From: Octopus vulgaris
Taxonomy: Eukaryota
Direction: 5' to 3'
NCBI GenBank assembly: GCA_951406725.2
Contig: OX597842.1
Span: forward strand, 29,078,001 to 29,142,000
Length of the DNA stretch: 64,000 bases
This document shows positions 13,707 to 28,180 of this stretch, in pieces (position 1 is the stretch's first letter; every line of letters starts with the position of its first letter). Made by a program: the position numbers and the translations under genes. Under the pieces are notes generated by a model. The model saw nothing but the letters and a program-made list of their open reading frames with translations. It ran no database searches and had not been told where the DNA came from.

Positions 13707-13747
<41 letters not shown>

Positions 13748-13779
13748 CATATATACACACATATATATACATATATATA

Positions 13780-15653
13780 CATCATCATCATCGTTTAACG
13801 TCCGCTTTCCATGCTAGCATGGGTTGGACAGTTCAACTGGGGTCTGGGAAGCCAGGAGGCTGCACCAGGCCCAGTCTGATCTGGCAATGTTTCTACGGCT
13901 GGATGCCCTTCCTAATGCCAACCACTCCATGAGTGTAGTGGGTGCTTTTTACGTGCCACCTGCACAGGTGCCATACAAGTCTAGTAAACGGCCACGGTCG
14001 GACGGTGCTTTTTACGTGCCACCGGCACAGAGGCCAGGCGAGGCTGGCAATGGCCATGGTCGGATGGTGCTTTTTACGTGCCACCGGCACGGAGGCCAGG
14101 CGAGGCTGGCAATGGCCATGGTCGGATGGTGCTTTTTACGTGCCACTAGCACTGGCAACGGCCACGTTCGGATGCTTCTCTTATGTGCCACCAGCACTGA
14201 ATCACAGCGACAATTTCCATTAATGTTGATCGATTTTGATTTTTGATTTTGTCATTTTTTGATTTTTTGATTTTTGATTTTTTGATTTTCACTTGCCTCA
14301 ACAGGTCTTCACAAGTAGGGTTTTGTGTCCCACGAAGGAAAGATATGCATAAGTGGACTGAGGCCATAGGTGATGGTCTCACTTGCCCTGCCGGGTCTTC
14401 TCACGCACAGCATATTTCCAAAGGTCTCGGTCTCTTGTCATTTCCTCGGTGAGACCTTCAGTTCGAAGGTCGTGCTTCACCACCTCGTCGAAAGCTTTCT
14501 CCATGTCAACGAAAGCCAGGTACAGGGGCTTATCTTTGGCTATATATTTCTCCTGCAGCTTTCTTACCAGGAATATGGCATCAGTGGTGCTTTTCCCTGG
14601 CATGAATCCAAACTGCATCTCATCTAAACTAACTCTCTCTCTAATTAGTTGGGCCATGACCCTCTCTGTAACCTTCATTACCTGATCCAACAGCTTGATA
14701 CCTCTGTAATTATTTGTATCTAGGGCGTCACCTTTACCTTTGTAGTTGACTAGTATGCTGCTACACCAGTCATTGGGTTTGACTCCTTCGTGTATCACCT
14801 GGTTAACTATATGGGTGACTAGGCTATAGCCAACACTGCCAGATATTTTGAGCATCTCTGCAGTAATTCCTGTTTGACCTGGGGCTTTCCCTGTCTTCAT
14901 GCTTCTAATTGCCTAAACTACCATGGAACTGTCAACTCGGATAGCTGGTCCCTCTATTGGGTCGACATTCGGCAGACTCTCTTTATCCCATTCATTCTCT
15001 TTGTTGAGCAACCTTTCATAGTGGCATCTCCAAACCTCTCTCTTTGCATCCTCATTTAGCGCAAGTGAACCATCCTCCATGCGAACACATTTCTCTCCTA
15101 CCACATCACGATTCTCTCTCACACACTGTCTTGCAACATGAAACACCTCAAATCTTTGGTCCTCACGGCGCAGAACATTGGCAAAGTTTTTCTTATCTGC
15201 TTCCCCTCTGGCTAAATATACCTGTCTCCTAGCTTCTCTTTTCGCAGTCTGATACAATTCCCTACTACCGCCATTCCTCCAGTCCTTCCAAGCCTGTCTC
15301 TTGTCTCTAATAGCCCTGTCTACAACATTGATCCACCACCACGTTACCCTGGGACGAGATAGGACTTTACTCCATCCACAGATCTGGTCAGTGGCACCCA
15401 GCAGATTGTCCCGTAGAAACCTCCAGTTGGTTTCCACATTATGTGATGCCATATCCTCTTCTATTTCGTCAAAGGCGTCAAGTAATATGTCCCTAAATCT
15501 CTGTCCATTTGCAGGATCTTTAAGCTTCCAGATCCTTCTTCTCCATCTTGGTCGTCTTCTGGTCTTCCTCTTAGTCCTGATCCTAAAGTCACTAACTACC
15601 AGTCTATGTTGTGGGGTACATTCCTCGCCTGGAAAGGTTTTGGCATTTATAAG
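13780..15653 (-). mobile_element. RTE-clade LINE, 5'-truncated and internally deleted, with 3' UTR and (GAT)n tail
   Basis: ORFs 14913-15656 and 14379-14900 are in frame across one TAG. They cover the endonuclease end (QHRLVV), linker and RT motifs (KAPG, NYRGIKLL, QFGFMPGKST, FVDMEKAFD), fused to the C-terminal EVVKHDL...DRDLW. Confidence 0.9.
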
Positions 15654-15669
15654 CATATATATATATATA

Positions 15670-15743
<74 letters not shown>

Positions 15744-15746
15744 ATG

Positions 15747-15813
<67 letters not shown>

Positions 15814-15906
15814 TTAGAGACAAAACCACTATTATGCAAATCAAACAAAGAAAGACTTAATCCAATACATAAAAATTTTTATATAAATTAAATATAATTA
15901 AGATAT

Positions 15907-15953
15907 CCACTACCATCGTTTCTTGTCACTTCTATGAGACATTCATCAGGTGG
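15907..15953 (-). ncRNA. Minimal type I hammerhead ribozyme motif
   Basis: Minus strand: CCAC-CTGATGA-a tgtc tcatagaagt gaca a-GAAAC-gatg-GTA-GTGG; stems I and II pair, core intact. Confidence 0.7.
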
Positions 15954-16082
15954 TTTCAAGACCTAAAATATAATCAATATTTTTAAGATATAAATAATCT
16001 ATATATAAAATTTTACTATAAAATTGGATTCAATCCTAAATCTGATTTTCCCTGTAAATTTGGATTTATTCCCTATATATAT

Positions 16083-16166
<84 letters not shown>

Positions 16167-16262
16167 CAGGAAGCTTTACGAAAATAAACAAAAGACGAAG
16201 GCAGGTGGAGTATAAACAAACAATTGTATTAGTATGGGGCTCAGGAATAGAAATAAAACAAG

Positions 16263-16300
16263 TCTTTTACGTTTTGAGCCTACGCTCTTCAACAGAAAGA
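16263..16300 (-). ncRNA. Degenerate minimal hammerhead-like motif
   Basis: TCTTT-CTGTTGA-a gagc gtag gctc-AAAAC-GTA-AAAGA; the core has A6U and G12A changes. Confidence 0.4.
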
Positions 16301-16373
16301 TACACAGAAACAAAGAAACAAGGAGAGAAAAAATGCGTGCAAGAGCTAACGAATCAACATATATATATATATG

Positions 16374-16410
<37 letters not shown>

Positions 16411-16416
16411 ATATAT

Positions 16417-16461
<45 letters not shown>

Positions 16462-16462
16462 T

Positions 16463-16730
16463 TCGTGACTGCCCGGACCACCATCAGATGTTGTTACACA
16501 TCGCTGGTCACAATGAGTTCGCATTGTTTTAGCTTTCGAATGACGCCACCCCGCTGGCTAAGCGAGCAGGCCAACAGAAGAAAGAGTGGTGAAAGAGTAC
16601 AGCAGGGATCACCACCTTCCGGAGCCTCGTGGAACTTTTAGGTGTTTTCGTTCAATAAACACTCACAACGCCCGGTCTAGGAATCGAAACCGCGAGTCCG
16701 CTGCCCTAACCACTGGGCCATTGCGCCTCC
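16463..16730 (-). mobile_element. tRNA-derived SINE (second family)
   Basis: Head GGAGGCGCAATGGCCCAGTGGTTAGGG (A box) and GGTTTCGATTCC (B box-like); ends in an A-rich tail. Confidence 0.8.
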
Positions 16731-16831
16731 ACATATATATATACAAAGAGAGAGAGAGTGAGAGAGAAAGAGAGAGAGAGAGATGTGGAATGGGAGGGGG
16801 AGAGAAGGAGATAATGATAATGTGTGTGTGT

Positions 16832-17365
16832 GTACAGGTTGTTCTGAAATTAAGGCAACCAATTTTTGGACTTTAATAACAATCAATAGAGGCGATAAGA
16901 TATGAAAATTATACATCTTTGTAAAAGCTTAGTATGTCTTGTGTTTGCTTCAGACCAAATAAATTCACATTTATAGATTAGATAATGGCTACAGACCGAA
17001 ATACAACCATAAAACTCCACAAGGAGGCGAAAGTAATACAACTATAGCAAAAAAAAATGCTTAAAAGTAACCGAACAACAGTCAAGAAATTTCAAGAGAC
17101 TAGTTCCACAGCCGGTTGCCCTGGACATGGCCAAAAAAGAAATGTGCAGACCCTTCAGCTTATCAATTATACCAAACAGAAGATACGGTGAAATCGTTCC
17201 CTCAGAAAACTGGATGCTACAGCAAAAATAAGCTGAACATCGGTGTATCCAAGCGCTGAAGGAGTGTCTCAGGACCCAACGCTAAAAGATGATCCGTTGT
17301 CATGAGCTCACACAAGTTTACAAAGCCATAGGACTGGAGAGGAATCGTCTTATCATGCGTTAAAA
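16832..17365 (+). mobile_element. Tc1/mariner (maT-like) 5' relic, paralogous to 5281-5897
   Basis: Collinear high similarity to 5281-5810. Confidence 0.75.
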
Positions 17366-17384
17366 TTTTCATAATGCAGTAATT

Positions 17385-17996
17385 TTTCACTTGTAAAGTG
17401 AAAGAGGTAGACCCAGGAAAACCTGGGATGAGGTGGTGAAGCACGACCATCGAACTTTAGGTCTGACCGAGGAAATGACTAGAGACCGAGACCTATGGAA
17501 GTATGCTGTGTGTGAGAAGACCCGGCAGGACAAGTGAGACCATAACCCATGGCCTCAGTCCACTTATACATACCTTTCCTTCTTGGGACACAAAACTCTA
17601 CTTGTGAAGACCTGTTGAGGCAAGTGAAAATCAAATCAAAATCGATGAACATCAATGGAAATTGTAGCTGTGATACCAGTGCCGGTGGAACATAAGAGAA
17701 CCATCCGAACGTGGCCGTTGCCAGCACTGCCCCGACTGGCCTCCATGCCGGTGGCACGTAAAAAGCACCATCTGATCATTGGCCGTTTGCCATCCTCGTC
17801 TGGCCTCGTGCAGGTGGCACGTAAAAAGCACCCACTACACTCATGGAGTGGTTGGCGTTAGGAAGGGCATCAGCCGTAGAAACATTGCCAGCTCAGACTG
17901 GGCCTGGTGCAGCCTTCTGGCTTCCCAGACCCCAGTTGAACCGTCCAACCCATGCCAGCATGGAAAGCGGACGCTAAACGATGATGATGATGATGA
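17385..17996 (+). mobile_element. RTE LINE 3' end
   Basis: [15 protein letters not shown]...DRDLWKYAV, the same 3' UTR as the 13780 copy, and a (GAT)n tail. Confidence 0.9.
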
Positions 17997-18259
17997 AAAC
18001 ATGTCCTACCCCTCTGCACTGAATTCTCATCAGCATGCTATGGATACTGGACATATCACACATTTCTAGGATTTTGACATTTGATGTCTTATCTTGCCAT
18101 TTTGCTGCATGTGTTGCACACATGCGAAAAGTTTCAAGTTTTTCTTATTTGTCTGCAAAAGGGAGTCCATGCCACTACCCCATTCAGAAAAATGCTTCGA
18201 ATACAAGATTTGTATACATTTATTTTAGTAATCAGGTGTGTTCACACAAATACATATAA

Positions 18260-19156
18260 TAATATGCAGGATAATAATATGCAATTTAATGCTGAAAAAT
18301 TCCAGGCCCTGCGCTACCAGCATCCAAAACTGAATATTAAACTTACAGGATACACCGGTCCACAGGAAATTTCAATCCCAGAGCCTAAGTCTGTGCGGGA
18401 CCTGGGTATCGACATGAGTGATGATACCTGTTTCCAAGTGCACATTACCAGGATGGCGACAAAGTGCAGACGACTGGCTGGATGGATCCTAAGAACATTC
18501 AGAACCAGAGATAAGGAAACCATGATGGTCCTCTGGCGGACATTCGTCCTCAGTCGCCTGGATTACTGCTCACAGCTATGGTCACCCACCAGTGTAAAAT
18601 TAACAGCGGACCTTGAAGCAATCCAGAGAAGATTCACAAAGAAGATCGTCTCTTTGCAACAGCTCAGCTACTGGGAAAGGTTGAAACAGCTAAGACTCTA
18701 CTCCCTGGAGAGAAGACGGGAGAGGTATGCAGTAATATATGTCTGGAAGATCCTGGAAGGAATTGTGCCAAATTTTGGCATTGTAAGCTACACCAATGCT
18801 AGAACGGGACAACACTGCATAGTGCCAAAGATCCCAGCAATGCCATCACACTTCAGGACCAGCTTCTGCAACAGCCTGGGTTTCAAGGGCCCACAGCTTT
18901 TTAATATTCTCCCAAAGAGTCGGAGGAACTTGCACAAAGTAGATGTAGCGGTTTTAAATCAAAGCTGGACATCTTCCTGTCAAGAGTCCCAGATGAACCT
19001 ACCTCATGGCAAGAGGTGCAAATGAGAGTAGCTATATCAAACTCCATTCTTCACCAAGTGCCACATATTAGACAAGGTCCGTCGTAATAACAGTGTAGCA
19101 CAAAACGGCGGTGCATCAGCATGGCCGCTGCTCTGAGCTGAAACTAGAAAAAAAAA
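18260..19156 (+). mobile_element. CR1-group LINE, 5'-truncated ORF2 C-terminus plus 3' tail
   Basis: ORF 18081-19025: MQFNAEKF, VRDLGI, GWILRTF, SRLDYCSQLWSP, LEAIQRRFTK, SYWERLKQLRLYSLERRR; A-tail at ~19150; related fragment at 28700-28985. Confidence 0.9.
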
Positions 19157-19719
19157 TCTCAAACTAAATACTTAACCAAAAGAGCTACTACTAGATTCAT
19201 GCTGCTATGGTACAGGCATATTTATAAACTACGTATCTTCAGGGAATACAGCCAAAGAAACCAAACGAAATCTGAGTGGAACCTGGAGCAGCACTCTGGC
19301 TTGCCAGCACCTGTCACACTTTCCCATCCAAGCCTGCAAAGGAAATGGATGGTAAAGTATGATGATGATGATGATGATGATGATGAAAACACAACAAAGG
19401 CAAAAATCAATGTCACTTAAAACTTTTATTCCTTATTCCCATTCCTTTATTCTCTCATAACAAATTCCTCAAAAATCCAGCACAATCATCTTCAGAAACC
19501 AAAGTCATCTCTGTGTTGATGTATTTAGATATATAAATGATATTGAAGTTGTGATTCATGAATTTCATGTGGACATCCAAGAAACTGAAGTTGATAATGT
19601 CAAGCTTGAAGAGGAATAAACCCTGTCTTTTAGCAGACAAAATATTCATAATTGTTGTCGTGTTGTAATAAATTTTAATACTGATACAGTTACACTTGTG
19701 TATGAATACTCACGAGTAC

Positions 19720-21187
<1,468 letters not shown>

Positions 21188-21844
21188 TATGAGAGAATAA
21201 TCTGTCATAAATATCACAATAATAGTGTGTTCTTCAAAATTCTGTGGATGTTAGTGTTTAGTTGTGTCACTATTTCCAGAGAATAATTTAATCTTATGTT
21301 TTATTCGTTTGTGATTTTACTTAATGTCTAAAATAGAAAATGTAAACTGTCAAATCTTTTGTAAAGTTATCCAATGTTAATCAACCTGTTAATTGATAAT
21401 CTCCTCTACATTCCAGACAGTGGAGAAAAAAAAATGTTGTTGTTAATTACAATGTCCAGAAATTTTTTCCCATCATTTGTTGAAGATCTAATTTATATTA
21501 AGAGGTGGATGTATTGATGAATGTTTCTTGTGGACGTCCTTCAGTCAAGGAAAGTCAATAAAAACATCAGAGGCACGTCTGAATGAAGAAATTTCTTTTA
21601 TGTCGACACGATGTGATATTCTGAAATAAGAAAAGAGGCAGTAAGATAAAGTGGATAGTTAAACAACAGAGTTATTCAATTTTACGACATCAATTGACAT
21701 CCATTTAATATCTACGTTTGCATGGGGCAGAATCCATTGAGGCATTGAAAGTTTTACAACATTCTGTATATAGATGAATCATTTTTACCTTTCTCTAATT
21801 ATTTATCTCTTTTCTTTCTCTTCTCTCCTTTCACTTGTTTCACC

Positions 21845-22120
21845 TGTGGTTAGGGTATTTCACTCACAATTGTAAAGTTGTGAGTTCGATACACAGTGGT
21901 GCAATGAGTCTCCAAGCCATTTTATTTCACTTTGCATCAGTCCCCTCAGGTGTCAAAAATGAGTCTCACCTGTAATTCAAAGGGCCAGTCTTCTCACCAT
22001 CCGTGTCATGCTGTGCCTCCCTGAAGACTATATTAAGGGTCCACATGTCTGTGGAATACTCAGCCATTTGCATGTTAATTCCATGAGCAGGCTTTTCAGT
22101 TGATTGGATAAACTAAAACA
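21845..22120 (+). mobile_element. Diverged tRNA-derived SINE
   Basis: gtggttagggt...gtgagttcgat head; body shared with 12010-12170. Confidence 0.55.
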
Positions 22121-23324
22121 TAGAGTGCCAGCAACTGGTTCAGCCAGGGACTGTGGCCATGCTGGAGTACTTCTTTAAATGGTTCAATCAAACGAATCAA
22201 CCCCTCTACTTATATTTAAGTTTGCTACATATTCTATGAGTCTCTTTGGACCAACCACTATGTCACAAGGATGTAAACAAACTAACAACCATAGTCACAC
22301 GCAGTATGGCAGGGGGGGGAGGAGAAACACAAAGACACACATACGCACCTAATTGTATACATGATACACTTTCCACCTACCAAATCTCCCCACAAGGCTT
22401 TAGTTGGCCCAGGGTTGTAGTAGAAGACATTGGCTTAAGATGCCACGGGACCACTTGCTTTGAGAGCAAGTACATGGTTCAATATCCTTTATTTAATATT
22501 TCAGAAATATTTGGCTGCTATTTCCAGCAGCTTCTGTAACCTGTGTAGAAGCTCCTTTATGGAACAAGACAGACCGTCATCATTGTCATCATTTTAACAT
22601 CCACTTTTCCATGCTTCAATGGATCAGATGGATTATACAGAGGCAGATATTCTACAGCTGGATGCCCTTCCTGTTGCCAATCCTTACCTGTTTCCAAGTG
22701 AAGTGAGATTCTTACCAAAAACTTACCACATAACAAGCCATAACTCCATCTGCTGAATGGTTGGTGTCAGGAAGGACATCCAGCTGTAAAATCCTGCTAA
22801 AACAATCACAGATCTCGTGCAGTCTTCCACCTGGCAGACTCCTGTCAAGCCTCCCCCCTCAGGCTGGCATGGAAGGCAGACATTAAACGATGATGATGAT
22901 ATGTGTATACGTGATATGCTTCTTTCAGTTTCCATCTACCACATCCACTCACAAGGTTTTAGTTGACCCAAGGCCATCATGAGAGACACTTACCCAAACT
23001 GCAAGCATGGGTTGGGTAGCAAACTCCCTACCCTCATAGCCACACCTGCTCCCTGCATCGACTGATGCTGGCGACACATAAAAAGCACCCAGTACATTCT
23101 GTGGTTGGCATTAGGAAGGGCATCTAGCAGTAGAAACCATTGTAAAGATGACATTGCAGCCTGACCCAGCCCTGCACTTTTCTGCTTCTCTGTCAAACAG
23201 TCCAACCTATGCCAGAATGGAAAGCAGACATTAAACAACGACAACGAGGAAGATGATGACGATATGTTCTTTTACTTGTTTGTGTCACTTGACTGCGGCC
23301 ATGCTGGAGCATGTATACATAATA

Positions 23325-23536
23325 TCTCTCTTTACTCTTTTGCTTGTTTCAGTCTTTTGCCTGTGGCCATGCTGGAGCACCGCCTTTAATTAAGCAACTC
23401 GACCCCGGTACTCATTCTTTTTTAAGCCCAGTACTTATTCTATCGGTCTCTTTTGCCGAACCACTAAGTAACGGGGACATAAACACACCAGCATCGGTTG
23501 TCAAGCAATGATAGGGGGACAAACACAGACACACAA

Positions 23537-23567
<31 letters not shown>

Positions 23568-23692
23568 CGACAGGCTTCTTTCAGTTTCCGTCTGCCAAAT
23601 CCACTCACAAGGCATTGGTCAGCCCGAGGCTATAGCAGAAGAGACTTGCCAAAGGGTAAACAAGCTGCTTACCACACAGCCACTCCTGCGCC
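23325..23692 (-). mobile_element. SINE copy (29023 family), internally deleted
   Basis: Reverse complement of the 29023-29505 head and tail. Confidence 0.85.
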
Positions 23693-23879
23693 TATATATA
23701 TATATATATATATATATCATCATCATCATCATCATCGTTTAACGTCCGTTCACGATTCGGATAGTGCTTTTTACGTACCACCAGTCCAGGGATCCTGGCA
23801 TCTGCCAGGAGCCAGTCATAGGATTAGTTCGATTTCGATTTCACTTGCCCCAACAAGTATATATATATATATATATATA

Positions 23880-24019
23880 CCGGAGTAAACACATAAATGT
23901 GTAACAAGGTGGAAAAAAGAGTACTCAAATACCAGTTGTAGAGTAATATGCTTTATTTAAAGCAGCAGAAAATTCAAAACTCATAGTAACATGTTTTGTT
24001 GAATTTTCTGCTGCTTTAA

Positions 24020-24024
<5 letters not shown>
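23880..24024. mobile_element. Penelope-type terminal repeat with inverted junction
   Basis: Reverse complement of 1380-1480 joined to a forward piece aaactcatagtaaca...ttgaattttctgctgctttaaataaa, forming a 26-bp-arm hairpin. Confidence 0.6.
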
Positions 24025-24068
<44 letters not shown>

Positions 24069-24830
24069 GAAAGGGAGAGAGAGAAAGAGAGATACACATG
24101 CACACATCTAAAGTTTTACACAGCAAGCACAATAACCTCAAAAATTTACGATGCTCAACAATTAACAAGAGAAAGTTGTAACAACGACACTGAGTGTAGT
24201 TTAAAAACATTCGCAGGTTTGTTGTATGAAGCTCGTTTCTCAACCACATAGTTCTAGGTACAGTCCCAGGACATGACAAATTGGGCACAACTTTTCTACT
24301 ACACGCTTGAGCTGACCCATGTCTTGTGAGTGGATTTTGGTAGATGGAATTTGAAAAAAGCCGATCCTGTATACATATACACATATATATATCAATGTGT
24401 GTGTTTTTCCGCCCAACCCTCACTCACTGCTTGAAAACCGACGTTGGTGATTATGAGGAAAGAAAACTGAGGCTTGTGAATCATGTGAAATTCTCCTTCA
24501 TTACACTTGCTCAGAACAATAGTTTCCACAACAAATTCGGATATAATCACAAACTACACCGTCTGAAAAGTATTAAAACTGTCATCCTCTAAAATATAGT
24601 CATAGCACATTCCATTAAAGAAAAACAAAAAACGATCTTTCAGAAAGTGAGAAGAAAACAAAGTCAGTGGGGCACAATTATGTACGTATACACCACAGAT
24701 TTTTAGTTATTCTATCAAAATTAATTAGACAGATTTTCTCTCATTATGCAGTAATTAAATGTAAGGAACATCTACCAATTCTGAATTACCGTTAATCTAA
24801 CAAATCTTTTATCAATTTACTTCACATCAC

Positions 24831-25251
24831 AGATCTTTTCCGTTTGACGGGCAGTTTTTCAAAATAATTTCCACGTAACTAAACACTTTTAAACTTCGTA
24901 TACTGGTAGAATGTGTTTATAAAACATCTTTTTCTCTTGGCTTTATTGAGAAAATTCTATGGTTTGTAAGATATTTGTTGTGGTTTTTTCTTCAATTTTG
25001 GCAATTTCAACCAATCAATGACGTCTATTGAGGTGAAAGTATTCTGTGCCATTTGAATATGTCCCTTGTTTAAAAAACAGATTGGGTTTATTTACATTTC
25101 TGAAGAAAAAAAGATAACCTTCTGCCACCCCTAACTAACCCTAACCCTAAAACAGATTGAAATGCAATAGATCGATACTAGGGTCATAATTATGGGTGAC
25201 AATTTCATATGACCCCGCTAGAAAAAACTGCCGGTCAAACGGAAAAGATCC
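24831..25251 (-). mobile_element. TTAGGG-bearing MITE (same family as 11583)
   Basis: TIRs agatcttttccgtttgacgggcagttttt and aaaaactgccggtcaaacggaaaagatcc; degenerate 8-bp TSD cacatcac/catattac. Confidence 0.85.
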
Positions 25252-25269
25252 CATATTACATGTAACACT

Positions 25270-25620
25270 CGTCCGTCTTTACTCAAAGTTCAGATTCCAC
25301 CAAGGTTCGCTTTGCCTGTCATCCTTTCGAGGTCAATGAAATAAAAAGCAATAAAAAGAACTGGTGTCCAGGCAATAGAATTACGTCTTCCCACCAAATT
25401 ACAGGCCCTTATCATTATCTTCATTATTATTTATGGACTCGGAAACGAATTTCAGTGAAATGTCGACTTCGGCGGAAAGTCCTGAGTTTAAATACGGCCG
25501 AGGTGGACTTTGCCTTCATCCCTTTCGGGAAATACTAAGTTCCCAATATTCTACTCCCCTCACTCGCATGAAAGGTTGCTGGCCTTGGGCCAAAATTTGA
25601 AACCATCATCATCATCATCA
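25270..25620 (+). mobile_element. Two diverged Nin-domain-type SINE fragments
   Basis: gttcagattccaccaaggttcgctttgcctgtcatcctttcgaggtcaat and gccgaggtggactttgccttcatccctttcggg; related core at 61640-61700. Confidence 0.5.
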
Positions 25621-25836
25621 CTATTATTAATATAACATTAAAGTAAATCTTATTATCAATGCCTCATAAACAACAGGACAGCATTAATTAATGTGGTATA
25701 CTTCCTCTAATTTTACTAATTAAATATGCCATTCTACTGTCCCATTCTGTGAACATCTTCATCTTGAAGAGTTTTCAAATTTTCACCAGAAAAGCTGAAT
25801 TTTTATAGGGATCTGTAGCCTCAGAAATAAGCCTGA

Positions 25837-26238
25837 GACCTTTTCACTTTGACAGGCAGATATAAAAAATAATTTCTTTGTAAATAAACACTTTTAAACT
25901 TTGTATACTAGGTAGAATGTGTTACATAAAACATCTTTTTCTCTTGGCTTTCTTGTGAAAATTCTGTACTTTATAAGCTATTTGTTGTTACATTTCTTGC
26001 ATTGCGGCAATTTCAACCAATCAATGACGTCTGTTGAGGTGAATACAATTTCTGCTGTTCTTTGCCAACAACAACTTCCTGTGGTCTCCATTTAGTTTGT
26101 CATTTCATATTAGTCACGTTCGTATGAATAAAAGATAGTGGGGTTAGGGTTAGGTGTGGGGGAAAGGTTTTTTTTTCTTCAGAAATGTAAATAAACCCAC
26201 ATGGGTTTACAAGTGACAGCTACACCACGGGAAGGTCT
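25837..26238. mobile_element. Diverged TTAGGG-MITE copy
   Basis: Shares the arm aaacacttttaaacttt...tagaatgt...aacatcttttt and gggttagggttagg. Confidence 0.7.
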
Positions 26239-26849
26239 TTTTGAACCTGTTGACAAGTTCTTTTCTTTCCATTTTGCTGCATATGTTGTGCACATGTGAA
26301 AAGTTTCAAGGTTTTTTGTCTGCAAAAGGGAGTCCATGCTTCTGCCCCATTCAGAAATAAGCTTGAAATACCAGATTTGTATACATTTATTTTAGTTATC
26401 AGACTGATATCATGTTCACACACACATACATACATATATCAAATTAAATACACAATTGAAAGGCTACTACTAGTTTCATGCTATTACGATACTTGAACAG
26501 GCATATTAATAGAATATGCCTTGTATCTTAAGGGCAGACAGCCAAAGAAACCAAGCGAAATCTGAGTGGAACCTGGAGCAGCACTCTGGCTTGCCAGCAC
26601 CTGTCACACTTACCCATCCAAGCCTGCAAAGGAAATGGATGGTAAAGTATGATGATGATGATGAAAACACAACAAAGGTAAAAATCAATGTCACTTAAAA
26701 CTTTTATTCCTTATTCCCATTCCTTTATTCTCTCATAACAAATTCCTCAAAAATCCAGCACCATCAAAGCCATCGTTGTGTTGATATATTTAGATATTCA
26801 AAAGTATTTTGGATCTGATAGATCAGTTTTCTTTCGTTCTTCCTTCTCG

Positions 26850-27290
26850 CAAGATTTGTATTTGATGTCTTCATGCATAATATTTCTGATCGTTTCTTCC
26901 GACACACAAAATTCTTTTGCGATTGACCTCATTGATTTTCCTGGATTGTCTCTAATGTTTTGCTTAACTTCCTGAATAAATTCAGGTGTCCTGATAGAAT
27001 CAGAGCGCTTGGAATGTTTTTTACGTTTTCAGACAGGTGATACATTTCCATCTTCTTTTTCTAACTCGCAACGAATCTTGTGAACGAAAGATCTTGCAAC
27101 TATTAGAAAACGAGAAATTTCTAAATCACCATGATTAGCAATCAAAGCCACAATCACAGCATGCCTTTTCATTTCGTTAGTAAGAATAGGGGCTGTCATT
27201 TTTATTTTCTGAACTAGAAGTTCAATAAAAGTTACTTGAAATTTACAGAAAAAAAAATGACAGGTGTATAATCAATGAGCAGGTGTATTA
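26850..27290 (-). mobile_element. maT/DD37D-like mariner transposase N-terminal relic
   Basis: From ATG 27199: MTAPILTNEMKRHAVIVAL...KKHSKRSDSIRTPEFIQEVKQNIRDNPGKSMRSIAKEFCVSEETIRNIMHEDIKYKS, with one internal stop. Confidence 0.75.
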
Positions 27291-27445
27291 ATTTGATGCT
27301 CAGGAAAGTGAGAAAGTCTTTGTAGGTGGAGGGGGATGTCAGTGAAGAGAGAAATTACGTAGGAATAAAGAGAAGAAGTTGGGGTCAGGAGAAGTATAGT
27401 TAAAACACCATTTCCCCCAAAATAATTACCACAAGTATTGGAATG

Positions 27446-28180
<735 letters not shown>

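Noticed and set aside
16463-16730. tRNA gene (also 29023)
   Set aside because: Only A/B-box heads without a full cloverleaf, followed by SINE bodies.
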